Assembly: GCA_963705305.1 (NCBI GenBank)
Contig: OY970067.1
Coordinates: forward strand, 2,240,001-2,304,000
Length of the DNA: 64,000 nucleotides
Direction of reading: 5' to 3'
Source: an uncultured Methylomirabilota bacterium
Lineage (GTDB): Bacteria > Methylomirabilota > Methylomirabilia > Methylomirabilales > 2-02-FULL-66-22
Under the pieces are notes generated by a model that was not told the origin of the DNA, searched no databases, and saw only the letters and a program-made list of their open reading frames with translations. The position numbers and the translations under genes are program-made. The number at the start of each line of letters is the position of its first letter. Position 1 is the stretch's first letter. Shown piece after piece: positions 29,552 to 39,378 of the stretch.

Positions 29552-30652
29552 GTGGGGTATGTGGCGGTCCGCGGCGGGGAGGATGCCATCCGCAACAGCG
29601 AAACCCTCCTGGTCCTGTACCGGCGCCGGGGACAAACCGGGCCAATTCAGGTCCGCCAAATCCAGGAGCAGATGCGGTCGGCCGTGGATCGGGTGATGGC
29701 CGAGGGCTCGCTCTTCGATGCCACCCTGGCGGCCTTGGCCGTCAAGCAGGCGGAGGGCGACCTCGTCGAAGCTGCCTTCCTGGTGCGCGCCTACCGGTCC
29801 ACGCTCCCGCGCCTCGAGACCACCCCCGTCCAGCGAACCCAGGAGCTGCGTCTCATCCGCCGCATCTCGGCGGCCTTCAAGGATGTGCCGGGCGGGCAGA
29901 TCCTCGGCCCGACGCGGGATTACACCCAACGGCTCCTGGACTTCTCCCTCTTGGAGGAGTCCGAGGCCCTTCCCGAAGCGCCCTGTGTGCCCATGCCGGC
30001 CGGCACGCTCCCGGTCGAAAAGGTCTCGACGTTTCTGCGTCGCGAGGGGCTCTTGCCGGAGCCGCGGCGGGACGCGCCGATTCCGGTCGACATTACGCGG
30101 GAGCCCGTGGCATTCCCGATGCCGCGATCCGCCCGCCTCCAGCACCTCGCGCGGGGGGACGAAGGAGGCCTGCTGGCGCTGGCCTATTCCAGCATGCGCG
30201 GCTTTGGGAACGTCCATCCCACGGTGGCGGAGCTGCGCGTGGGCTATCTGCCGGTGCGGGTCTACGTCCCCGGCGAGCCCGAGCCGGTGACGATCGGCGA
30301 GGTGCTCGTGACGGAGGTGGAGCTGATCGCGCGCGACGGCGGCGGGGACGAGTCGCAGAGCGGGCCGCCCCGCTTCCATCTGGGATACGGCTTCGCCATC
30401 GGCCAGAACGAGCGGCGCGCCATCTGCATGGCGATTCTCGACCGGGCCATGATGGCCGAGCGGGCGTCGGCCCCGGCCGAAGATCAGGAATTCGTCCTGG
30501 CGCACATCGATGGCATCGAGGCGCAGGGCTTCACGAATCACTGGAAGCTCCCCCACTACGTGGACTTCCAATCCGAGCTGGACCGGGCCCGCGCCGGCAG
30601 GGCGGCCCCCGCCGCCGCGGCCGAGCCGGTCCACGCGGAGACCTCCGCGTGA
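29552..30652 (+). CDS. phnI: C-P lyase subunit PhnI
   Basis: YVAVRGGE, RRISAAFKDVPGGQILGPT, HWKLPHYVDFQSEL. Confidence 0.95.
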   Translation: MGYVAVRGGEDAIRNSETLLVLYRRRGQTGPIQVRQIQEQMRSAVDRVMAEGSLFDATLAALAVKQAEGDLVEAAFLVRAYRSTLPRLETTPVQRTQELRLIRRISAAFKDVPGGQILGPTRDYTQRLLDFSLLEESEALPEAPCVPMPAGTLPVEKVSTFLRREGLLPEPRRDAPIPVDITREPVAFPMPRSARLQHLARGDEGGLLALAYSSMRGFGNVHPTVAELRVGYLPVRVYVPGEPEPVTIGEVLVTEVELIARDGGGDESQSGPPRFHLGYGFAIGQNERRAICMAILDRAMMAERASAPAEDQEFVLAHIDGIEAQGFTNHWKLPHYVDFQSELDRARAGRAAPAAAAEPVHAETSA

Positions 30653-31533
30653 GCTACGCGTTTGCCTTTCTGGACGAGCAGTCCAAGCGGGCCGTTCGCC
30701 GGGCCCTGCTGAAGGCGGTGGCCATTCCGGGGTACCAGGTGCCCTTCGTCTCGCGAGAGCTGCCCATCTCGTACGGCTGGGGGACGGGAGGCATCCAGAT
30801 CACATCCGCCGTGATCGGGCCCACCGACACGCTCAAGGTGATCGACCAGGGGGCCGATGACAGCGTGAACGCGCTGAACATCAAGCGCTTCTTCGCGCGG
30901 ACCGCGGGGGTCGCCACGACCACCGAGACTGCGCGGGCGACCATCATCCAGACGCGCCACCGGATTCCCGAGGAGCGCCTGCGGGCCGATCAGCTCCTGG
31001 TGCTCCAGGTGCCGTATCCCGAGCCTCTCCGGCTGGTCGAGCCGCGCGAGACGGAGACCGCGCGGATGCACGCCGAGGCGGATTACGGCCGGATGTATGT
31101 CGCGCTCTATGAGGACATCGTCCGGCACGGCACGATCACCCTGCCTTGGCAATACCCCACCCTGGTGAACGGCCGCTACCTGATGAGCCCGAGCCCGGTG
31201 CCGCGGTTCGACAATCCGAAGCTGCATCAGGCGGACTGCCTGTTTCTCTTCGGCGCCGGTCGCGAGAAGCGGGTCTACGCGGTGCCCCCCCTCACCGACG
31301 TGGTCTCGCTCGCCTTCGAGGACCACCCCTTCCGGGCCGAGTCCTTCGACCGTCGCGCCTGCCAGCGCTGCGGATCCACCGATACCTATCTGGACGAGGT
31401 GATTCTGGATGCGGCGGGGACGCGGAGCTTCCAGTGCTCCGATACCGCATTTTGCCGGCGGCGGCGCGAGGACCCCGACATCCCGCGCGAGTGGGGAGGA
31501 GCTCACCCATCGTTGGCGGGGCGCTCCACATGA
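30649..31533 (+). CDS. phnJ: C-P lyase radical SAM subunit PhnJ
   Basis: KAVAIPGYQVPF, YGWGTGG, CQRC...QCSDTAFC cysteine cluster. Confidence 0.96.
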   Translation: MSYAFAFLDEQSKRAVRRALLKAVAIPGYQVPFVSRELPISYGWGTGGIQITSAVIGPTDTLKVIDQGADDSVNALNIKRFFARTAGVATTTETARATIIQTRHRIPEERLRADQLLVLQVPYPEPLRLVEPRETETARMHAEADYGRMYVALYEDIVRHGTITLPWQYPTLVNGRYLMSPSPVPRFDNPKLHQADCLFLFGAGREKRVYAVPPLTDVVSLAFEDHPFRAESFDRRACQRCGSTDTYLDEVILDAAGTRSFQCSDTAFCRRRREDPDIPREWGGAHPSLAGRST

Positions 31534-32301
31534 TCCCGCTCCTGTCCGTCCGGGAGCTGACCGTCACGTACCCGAACGGCGTGGTGGGCTGCGGAGGCGT
31601 CTCCTTTGACGTCCAGCCCGGCGAGGTCCTCGGCGTGGTGGGGGAGTCGGGATCCGGGAAATCGAGCCTCCTGAACGCCCTGGCCATGGCGCTGTCGCCC
31701 AGCCACGGGTCCGCCGTCTTCCAGAGCCCCGGCCGCGGGCCGCAGGCGCTCTTCGCCTTGAACGCGCAGAGCCGGCGCTGGCTGCGGCACCGGGAGATCG
31801 CCCTGGTTCACCAGAACCCGCAACGGGCGCTCAACTTCGACCTCTCGGCGGGGGCCAATGTCGCCGAGGCACTCCTCATGGCGGAATGGCGCCACTACGG
31901 CCGGATCCGCGCCCGGGTGGCGGAGCTGTTTGCCCGGGTCGAGCTCGAACGTCGGGCGCATGGACGAACTGCCGGGGCGCTTCTCCGGAGGCATGCAGCA
32001 GCGCGTGCAGCTCGCCAAGGCCCTGGCGAGCGGCCCGGCCCTGCTGCTGCTGGACGAGCCCACCGGCGGGCTGGATGTCTCGATCCAGGCGCGGCTCCTG
32101 GACCTGATCCGGGAGCTGTCCCGGGACCTCGGCACCGCCATGCTCCTGGTGTCGCACGATCTGGAGGTGGTCCGCCTGCTTGCCCGCCGGACCCTGGTGA
32201 TGCAGCAGGGGCGCGTCGTCGAGGCGGGCCTCACGGACCAGATCCTGGAGGACCCCCAGGAGCCGTACACGCAACTCCTCGTGCATTCCATGCTGACATG
32301 A
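31530..32301 (+). pseudogene. phnK: PhnK ABC ATPase with an apparent +1 frameshift at ~31948
   Basis: GESGSGKS in one frame and FSGGMQQRVQLA/LLDEPTGGLD in another; removing one A from GAAC (31947-31950) gives VELDVGRMDELP. Confidence 0.88.
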
Positions 32302-32993
32302 CCATGACGCCGCGTCTCGAGGTCCGGGAACTCACGAAAGGCTTCACGCTGCACATGCTGGGCGGGAAGCGGCTGATGGCGTTCGTGGATGTGCAGTTTA
32401 CCCTCGACCCCGGGGAGTGCCTCCAGATTGAGGGTCCGAGCGGCGTGGGGAAATCCTCGCTGCTCAAGTGCTTGTACCGAACCTACCGCCCCTCACACGG
32501 CCGGGCCGTCCTCCACACCGACGGGAGAAGCGTGGACTTGGCGTCCGCGCCCGAGTCGGACATTCTGGACCTGCGGCGCCGGGCCGTCGGGTATGTCAGC
32601 CAGTTCTTCTCCGCGATCCCGCGGCAATCCGCCGCGGCCGTGGTGGCCGAGCCGCTTCTGGAGCTGGGGTTGGATGCACCGACTGCGCGGCGCCGCGCCG
32701 AGGCGATGCTGGCCCGCCTGGACATCCCCAAGCCCCTCTGGGAGGGCTTTCCCGCCACGTTCAGCGGCGGCGAGCGGCAGCGGGTGAACCTGGCGCGCGC
32801 CTTCATCGCCCCGCGGGAGCTGATCCTGCTGGACGAGCCGACGGCCAGTCTGGATGCCGCGCGGCGCGACATCGTCTTCTCCCTGCTGGCCGAGCTGAAG
32901 CGGGCCGGTACCGCGCTCATCGCCGTGCTCCATGATGCCGTGCCGACCGCGCTCGTCGACCGTCGCCTCCATCTGCAGGAGGTTGAATCGTGA
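32298..32993 (+). CDS. phnL: C-P lyase ABC ATPase PhnL
   Basis: KGFTLH, GPSGVGKS, YVSQF, PATFSGGERQRVNLAR, LDEPTASLD. Confidence 0.93.
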   Translation: MTMTPRLEVRELTKGFTLHMLGGKRLMAFVDVQFTLDPGECLQIEGPSGVGKSSLLKCLYRTYRPSHGRAVLHTDGRSVDLASAPESDILDLRRRAVGYVSQFFSAIPRQSAAAVVAEPLLELGLDAPTARRRAEAMLARLDIPKPLWEGFPATFSGGERQRVNLARAFIAPRELILLDEPTASLDAARRDIVFSLLAELKRAGTALIAVLHDAVPTALVDRRLHLQEVES

Positions 32994-33817
32994 GGCGTTG
33001 CTTGCCGGTGGCCGGGGATTCCCGGGCGGCTTTGGCGGGGCGGCTGGCCCTGCTGGGGGGACGGATTGCCCTGGAGCGCGCCCGGCTGCCCGAGATTCAG
33101 TGGAAAGAGGACGGCTCAATGGTGACGGATGTCGATATCGCCGTCCAGCAGTATATCTCGGCCAAGATCCGGCAGGAATTCCCCCAGGACGGCATCCTCG
33201 GAGAGGAGGGGTCCGAACCGGCCACCTGGCCTCCCGAGACGCGGACCTGGTGGGTGCTGGACCCCCTCGACGGCACGGCCAACTTCGGTCTGGGAATTCC
33301 CGGCTTCGCAGTGTCCGTGGGCGTCCTGCGAGACGGGCAATCCTGGGCGGGCGCCGTATACGATCCCACGGCGAACTGGCTCTATCTTGCCTGCGCGGGG
33401 CTGGAAGCCTGGCTGAACGGCCACCGGCTCCGGCTTCGCCCGCGGCCGCTCTCCTCGCAATCCTTTGTCGCCATCCGGACCCCCTACGAAGGGGAGATCC
33501 CGCCATTCGTCGCGCGGTGGCTCCGTCGATATCGGTTGCGCCGGTTTGGCTCGACGGCACTGCAGCTGTGCTATGCGGCCTCCGGAGGTCTGGCGCTGAT
33601 TCATGATCAACGGGCATTTCTATGGGATGTAGCAGGGGCCGCCGCTGTGCTGCTGGAAGCCGGCGGGGTCCTGACCACGCCGGAGGGGAGCCCGTTATTC
33701 CCGGTGGCTGCCTCCGCGTACTCGGGCGAGCCAATCGCATTCCTCGCCGGGGATCCGCTCTGCCATCCGGTCGCGCTGGCCGATATCCGCGCCGGACGCA
33801 ATGGTGACGCGCCATGA
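32990..33817 (+). CDS. Inositol monophosphatase (FIG superfamily) protein
   Basis: VTDVD, ILGEEG, WVLDPLDGTANF, WDVAG; 4-nt overlaps with phnL and phnM. Confidence 0.9.
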   Translation: MRRCLPVAGDSRAALAGRLALLGGRIALERARLPEIQWKEDGSMVTDVDIAVQQYISAKIRQEFPQDGILGEEGSEPATWPPETRTWWVLDPLDGTANFGLGIPGFAVSVGVLRDGQSWAGAVYDPTANWLYLACAGLEAWLNGHRLRLRPRPLSSQSFVAIRTPYEGEIPPFVARWLRRYRLRRFGSTALQLCYAASGGLALIHDQRAFLWDVAGAAAVLLEAGGVLTTPEGSPLFPVAASAYSGEPIAFLAGDPLCHPVALADIRAGRNGDAP

Positions 33818-35031
33818 CGGAGAGGGGACATGCTGTGGAGGCGAGGCGATTCATCCTCCGGGGCGGGGACATTGCGACGCCCACCCGGGTGATCAGCGGA
33901 GGGGCGCTCGTCATCGAAGGGGGGCGCATTGCCGCCGTGCTGGAGACCACGCCGCCGCTGGGCGGCGAAGAGGTGCTGTGGGTCTCCGGCCTCATTGCGC
34001 CGGGCTTCATCGATCTGCACTCGGACGCCTTGGAAAAGGAGATCCGGCCGCGACCTTCGGCCGTCATGCCGGTAGAACTGGCCCTCATGGAGTTCGATCG
34101 CAAACTGGCGGGCCACGGGATCACGACAATCGTGCACGGGCTGTGCTTCACCGAAACCGACGGAGACTTCCGCGCCTACGCCGACTCCGAGCGAACTGCA
34201 GGAATCCTCCGGCAGGGAAGGACCACCTATCTGGTTCGGCACCTCCTCAACGCCCGGTACGAGGTGACGGATTTTCGCGCAGCGCCGACCGTCCACCGGC
34301 TTCTGGAGGCCGGCGCACTGGCGATGGTCTCCTTCATGGACCACGCCCCCGGGGCGCGGCAATTCAAGAGTCTCGCCGATTTTGTTCGTTATTACGCGCC
34401 CACCCTCGGCCGCGACCCGGAGTCTGTGCTTCGCCTGGCGGAGGAAAAGCACCGGCGAAAGCGGGAGGATCGCGAGCTCCTGGAGGCGACGGCGATTGGG
34501 CTGGCAGAGGCGGCCCGGGCCCGGGGGGTCGTCCTGGCGTCCCATGATGATGAATCCGCGCGGGACGTTGCCTGGGCCGTGCAGCGAGGCATCACCATCT
34601 CGGAATTTCCCGTATCCGTCGAGGCGCTGCTGGCGGCCCGGGAACACGGGCTCCACATCGTCATGGGTGCCCCCAACGCGCTCCGGGGGGGCTCCACCTC
34701 GGGAAATCTCTCGGCGCTCGAGGCGATCCGGCAGGGGGGCATTGACAGTCTGTGCTCGGACTACTATCCCGCGTCGCTGCTCCACGCGGCCGTCGGGCTG
34801 CAGGCCAAGGGGGCGACCAGCCTGCCGGAGGCCCTACGCCTGGTGACCTTGCATCCGGCGCGTGCGCTTGGGCTGGACCGAGACATCGGATCGCTGGAGG
34901 TTGGAAAAGCCGCCGACCTCGTGATCGTCAACCAGCGACAGGGTATTCCCGTCGTGACCCGGACCTTCCATGGAGGCCGGGAAGTGTTTGCCGCCGGATA
35001 CGGATCACTCGGCGCTGCCGCGGCCGCCTAG
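33814..35031 (+). CDS. phnM: Ribose 1-methylphosphonate 5-triphosphate diphosphatase
   Basis: PGFIDLHSDALEK, SFMDHAPG, ASHDD, SEFP, MGAPN, LCSDY. Confidence 0.94.
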   Translation: MTERGHAVEARRFILRGGDIATPTRVISGGALVIEGGRIAAVLETTPPLGGEEVLWVSGLIAPGFIDLHSDALEKEIRPRPSAVMPVELALMEFDRKLAGHGITTIVHGLCFTETDGDFRAYADSERTAGILRQGRTTYLVRHLLNARYEVTDFRAAPTVHRLLEAGALAMVSFMDHAPGARQFKSLADFVRYYAPTLGRDPESVLRLAEEKHRRKREDRELLEATAIGLAEAARARGVVLASHDDESARDVAWAVQRGITISEFPVSVEALLAAREHGLHIVMGAPNALRGGSTSGNLSALEAIRQGGIDSLCSDYYPASLLHAAVGLQAKGATSLPEALRLVTLHPARALGLDRDIGSLEVGKAADLVIVNQRQGIPVVTRTFHGGREVFAAGYGSLGAAAAA

Positions 35032-35175
35032 CGCGGCGGGGCAGGGAAGGCGGCGGGGTTGCGCTCGCAGGGCCTCCCGGCGTTCCCTGACAAGGCCCCT
35101 GTCCGACGCTTCCGGCTCGAACCAGCCGGCTAAGCATGCGTCTCCCACCTGTCGCATTGAGGAGGTGCCGCCCCG

Positions 35176-35904
35176 ATGGGCAAGATCAGCATGGTGATGT
35201 TCGACCTGTCCGGAACGACTGTTCATGACGATACCGGGGTGCGGGATTGTCTCTATGCGGCTGCGCAGGAATATGGCCTCACGACCACGCCGGAGGAGAT
35301 TCTGTACCACATGGGGACCAACAAGATTCACCTGTATCAATTCCTGATCGCCCGGGCCCGGGGGCGCAAGATTGACTTCGAAGACTTCGAGAAGATCAAG
35401 GATCCCGCCACGTACGCTGAGGCAAAAAGAGTGTTCGACCGATATCAAGAGCTCATGCTCGGCCACTACCGGACGCAGTGCAAGGAAGTACCCGGCGCGG
35501 CCGACGTGTTCCGCTGGTGCCACGCGCACGGGATCAAGGTGGCGACGGACACCGGTTTCCACCGGATCATCACCGAGGCGATCATGGAAGGCCTGGGCTG
35601 GGTGCGGGATCGCCTGGTGGACCTCTCGGTGGACGTGGAGCATGTCCCCGGGGAGGTGGGCCGCCCGGCGCCCTTCATGATCTTCTACGCGATGACCCGC
35701 CTCGGCATCCAGAGCGTGCACGAAGTGATCAAGATCGGGGACACGCCGGCTGACATGCTGGAGGGTCGCAATGCGGGATGCCGAGGGGTGATCGGCGTGC
35801 TCAGCGGTCCGCGGCCCGTCACCGACTGGGGGAAGTACTGGCACACGCACGTCATCCCGAGTGTGGCCGATCTGCCGCACCTGATCGAAGCCGAGTTCAG
35901 CTGA
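35176..35904 (+). CDS. HAD phosphonatase-like hydrolase (PhnX-like)
   Basis: FDLSGTTV, HMGTNK, GRPAPFMI, KIGDTPADMLEGRNAG. Confidence 0.85.
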   Translation: MGKISMVMFDLSGTTVHDDTGVRDCLYAAAQEYGLTTTPEEILYHMGTNKIHLYQFLIARARGRKIDFEDFEKIKDPATYAEAKRVFDRYQELMLGHYRTQCKEVPGAADVFRWCHAHGIKVATDTGFHRIITEAIMEGLGWVRDRLVDLSVDVEHVPGEVGRPAPFMIFYAMTRLGIQSVHEVIKIGDTPADMLEGRNAGCRGVIGVLSGPRPVTDWGKYWHTHVIPSVADLPHLIEAEFS

Positions 35905-36002
35905 GCAGGGTGCACTCATTGCCGCCTGACCCGGGTCGAGCTCGCGTGACCCGGAAGTTCGATCGCCTCCAGAGAGCCTGTCGTTCGCACGGGAGAGGGA
36001 AG

Positions 36003-37097
36003 ATGCCGGAAACTTCCAATGCCGCCGTCATGATCGCGCCCAACAAGCCCCTGGAGTTTCGCCGGTACCCTCTTCCCTCGGTGGAGGCGGGCGCGGTGCT
36101 GGTCAGGATCCTGTGTTCCACAATCTGCGGATCGGACCTGCACACGTGGCTGGGTCGCCGGAGCAGCCCCACCCCCGTCATCCTCGGCCATGAAATCGTG
36201 GGCGAGATCGTGGAGCTGGGGAAAGGGGTCACCCATGACTCGGGCGACCGCCCCCTCAAGGTCGGGGATCGGATCACCTGGACGATCATGGACGGCTGCG
36301 GGAAATGTTACTCCTGCCGAGAAAAAGGCCTGATGATGAAGTGCATGCGCCTGAAGAAGTACGGGCACGACAGTTGCGAGAATCCCCCGCATCTTCAAGG
36401 TGGGTTTGCGGAGCACTGTTACATTACTCCGGGGACCTGTGTGGTCAAGATCCCTGACAATCTGACGAACGAGGAGGTTGCGCCGGCCAACTGCGCCCTG
36501 GCGACTGTGTCGGCAGGATGGGACGTCCTCAAGATTCGCCCCTTCGAAAATGTCCTGATCCTGGGGGCAGGCGCACTTGGCATCTATGCGGCGGCGCTCG
36601 CCAGCCACACCGGGTGCAACAAAGTGATCGTCACGGATATTCTGGATCATCGGCTGAACCTGGTGAGAGAGTTCGGAGCCACCGACGTGATCAACACGAA
36701 CGGGATGGAGGCCGAACGGGTCGTTCAGACGGTCCGGTCCTTGATCGGGGGACACGGGGTGGATCTGGCCATGGAGGTGGCGGGCGCTCCGGCCCTCATC
36801 CCTGTCGGGCTGAAGTGCCTGCGGACGGGGGGCCGGATGGTGCTTCACGGCACACCCCTTCCTGGATCGCAGTTCAGCTACGACGCTTCCGATATCATCT
36901 TTCGCTGGTTGCAGATCCACGGCGTTCACAACTACGACACGAAACACCTTCAGATGGCTGTGGACTTCCTGTCCCAGACGAATCACAAATTTCCATTTCA
37001 CAAACTGGTTACCCATCGGTGTGAGCTGCATGAAATCAACGCGGCGCTGAAGCTGGCCGAGTCCGCCATGGGGATCCGGGTGGCCGTGTTGCCCTGA
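36003..37097 (+). CDS. Zn-dependent alcohol dehydrogenase (phosphonate-catabolism-associated type)
   Basis: ICGSDLH, GHEIVG, CGKCYSC...C, APANCALAT, GAGALG, GVHNY. Confidence 0.88.
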   Translation: MPETSNAAVMIAPNKPLEFRRYPLPSVEAGAVLVRILCSTICGSDLHTWLGRRSSPTPVILGHEIVGEIVELGKGVTHDSGDRPLKVGDRITWTIMDGCGKCYSCREKGLMMKCMRLKKYGHDSCENPPHLQGGFAEHCYITPGTCVVKIPDNLTNEEVAPANCALATVSAGWDVLKIRPFENVLILGAGALGIYAAALASHTGCNKVIVTDILDHRLNLVREFGATDVINTNGMEAERVVQTVRSLIGGHGVDLAMEVAGAPALIPVGLKCLRTGGRMVLHGTPLPGSQFSYDASDIIFRWLQIHGVHNYDTKHLQMAVDFLSQTNHKFPFHKLVTHRCELHEINAALKLAESAMGIRVAVLP

Positions 37098-37147
37098 GGG
37101 TTCGGTGCCGCCGGCGCGCAGGAGGGAAGGCCCTTCCGCCGCGGATC

Positions 37148-37190
37148 TTCATCGTGCGGTAACGCGGATTTCACGTCACCGCCCTATGAT
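37148..37190 (+). promoter_or_regulatory. Pho-box-like promoter of phnDCEE
   Basis: TTCAT-N6-GTAAC-N6-TTCAC, then TATGAT 10 nt downstream. Confidence 0.7.
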
Positions 37191-37324
37191 ATCCCTGTAT
37201 TGAGGAAGAGAAGCGGCCCATCAGCGGCAACTGTCTTCCCCCTCCAAATCCTGAAAGTGAGTGGTAGACCACGCATGCATCAATGGATACGTCGCATCCA
37301 CGTAGTCATGAAAGGAGCATCGGT

Positions 37325-38374
37325 ATGAAAGGAGTGTCGCGGTTCCTGGCAGTTCTTCTCTCGACATCGCTCGTGGCGTGCACCCTCCTGGCGGGCTCCG
37401 CCTCGGCAGCCTCCTCGATCAAAGAGCCTGATACCATCACCTTGACCTGGCTGCCCAACAATTCGGGAGACAACCAGAAGGCCATGCGCGCGGAGTTCGA
37501 TAAGATTATCGCCAACGCCACCGGTAAGAAGGTCCAAGATAAATTGACCACGGACTACAACATCGCGATCGCGGCGATAGACTCCGGCGATGCTCAGATG
37601 GCCTGGCTCGGACCCTTCGAATACATGACGGGCCATGCCAGGAATCCTCACATCGTTCCCTTGGTGGTCGAAAGTGGAGATTCGGGGACCACGCAGGACG
37701 CCCTGTACCACAGCCGCCTCCTTGTCAAGAAGGGCAACGAGGGCCAGTACAAGTCGAGCGATGGCTATTCGATTGACAACATTGCCGGAAAGAGGATTTC
37801 CTTTGTGTCAACCAGCTCGACCTCGGGATTCAACATGCCGTCCTCGGCCATCTTGGCCAATTTCCACAAGCAGGAGAGGTGGAAAGGTCTGACCCGGGAC
37901 GACCTCATGCAAGGAGGCGCGGGCAAGTTCTTCCGCCAGGTGATGTTTTCGGGCTCTCACCAGCTGTCCTTGGCCAACCTCCTCATGGGCAAGGTGGACG
38001 TCGCCGCCGTGGATGACATCGACGTCATGAGCTACCTGGATCTCGCCTCGGGCACCGACAACCAGGAGGGGGCGGTCTATACGGTACGGAAGGGCGCCGA
38101 CGCCCCCTTTGCGGACCTGGCCGGCGCGCAATTCATCATCATCAAGTCGATTCCGGTCCTCAACACCCCCTTTGAGGCCAACGACGCCTTCCTGACTCAT
38201 GACACCCTTGAGAAAATTGTTCGGGCGCTGACGGCGGACGACGTGAAGAATAACGAGATGATCTTCCGCCCGAAGGGAAGCACCGTCGCCGGCCTCTTCG
38301 TTCAACCGCACGTCTTTGTCAAAGTCGAGGACGCCTGGTACAACCCGATGAGGCAGGTTCTCGGCATCCACTAA
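37325..38374 (+). CDS. phnD: Phosphonate/phosphate ABC substrate-binding protein
   Basis: Signal peptide, TTDYNIAI, STSSTSGF, GSHQ; precedes phnC/phnE. Confidence 0.87.
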   Translation: MKGVSRFLAVLLSTSLVACTLLAGSASAASSIKEPDTITLTWLPNNSGDNQKAMRAEFDKIIANATGKKVQDKLTTDYNIAIAAIDSGDAQMAWLGPFEYMTGHARNPHIVPLVVESGDSGTTQDALYHSRLLVKKGNEGQYKSSDGYSIDNIAGKRISFVSTSSTSGFNMPSSAILANFHKQERWKGLTRDDLMQGGAGKFFRQVMFSGSHQLSLANLLMGKVDVAAVDDIDVMSYLDLASGTDNQEGAVYTVRKGADAPFADLAGAQFIIIKSIPVLNTPFEANDAFLTHDTLEKIVRALTADDVKNNEMIFRPKGSTVAGLFVQPHVFVKVEDAWYNPMRQVLGIH

Positions 38375-38512
38375 GGACTGAATCGCCGAGGGTGCCCTGG
38401 CCAAAGACCTCGGCAGAAGAGCTGACGATGAGGGGCGTCCAAGCCGACCGTGTCCATGCCTACACATGGGCGAGGCGTGTTTCGACGCCCCTCCGTTATT
38501 GAGGAAATCCGT

Positions 38513-39328
38513 ATGGCTTTGCTGGAAGTGAGAAACCTCAGGAAATGCTACAACGGGGCGACTCCGGCCCTCGCGGATGTCAGCTTTACAGTCAACGAGG
38601 GAGAGTGCGTCTCCGTCATTGGCTCGTCCGGGTCGGGAAAAACGACACTTCTGCGCTGTATCAATCGAATGATTGAGGCAACAGATGGTGAGATCTCTTT
38701 TGGGGGAGTTGTCGTTTCGAGGCTGAGGAAGGGGGAACTGCGGGAAGTACGAAGAAAGATAGGCATGATCTTTCAGCAACACAATCTTGTTGAGCGGTTG
38801 ACTGTCATCGAGAACGTACTCCACGGCAGGCTTGGGTACAAGTCCACGCTGGCCGGTGCACTGGGCAGATATACGCAGGAAGAAAAAAGGAAGGCCTGTG
38901 AGATTATCGAGATGCTCGGCCTGACCGAGCATCTGTATAAGCGCTGCGATCAGTTGAGCGGCGGCCAAAAGCAGCGAGTGGGCATCGCCAGGGCCTTGGT
39001 GCAAAATCCCAAGATGATCCTGTGTGACGAGCCGATCGCCTCGTTGGACCCGGGCACCGCAAAGATCATCATGGACCATCTGAGAAGCATCTGCACGGAT
39101 TGGGGCATCACTCTGATCATTAGTCTGCACCAAGTGGAGGTTGCCCTTAACTACTCGGATAGGATCATCGGTTTCAGCAGGGGGAGAGTGCTTTTCAACG
39201 GCCCTCCGGCCCGACTCACCAGCGAACGGATCGCTGAGATTTACGATTCGGAGTGCAATGGTTTGATACTCAACATGGGGGACCATTACCGTCCGGTGGT
39301 TGCGTCGGCGCAGTGTCGTGTGTGCTGA
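38513..39328 (+). CDS. phnC: Phosphonate ABC ATP-binding protein
   Basis: GSSGSGKT, IGMIFQQHNLVERLTVIENVLHGRLG, LSGGQKQRVGIARA, SLHQVEVA. Confidence 0.93.
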   Translation: MALLEVRNLRKCYNGATPALADVSFTVNEGECVSVIGSSGSGKTTLLRCINRMIEATDGEISFGGVVVSRLRKGELREVRRKIGMIFQQHNLVERLTVIENVLHGRLGYKSTLAGALGRYTQEEKRKACEIIEMLGLTEHLYKRCDQLSGGQKQRVGIARALVQNPKMILCDEPIASLDPGTAKIIMDHLRSICTDWGITLIISLHQVEVALNYSDRIIGFSRGRVLFNGPPARLTSERIAEIYDSECNGLILNMGDHYRPVVASAQCRVC

Positions 39329-39378
39329 GCGGATGGGGAATACGGGTCCGTCACCCATCATGGGGAATCGACGCTGCA

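Noticed and set aside
31146..32993. A genuine 615-aa PhnK-PhnL fusion gene
   Set aside because: The middle section is out-of-frame phnK sequence; a single-base frameshift explains it better.
35130..38490. Similar peptides KHASPTCR / KHASPMCR in two intergenic translations
   Set aside because: Opposite strands, weak nucleotide match and non-coding frames; treated as coincidence.
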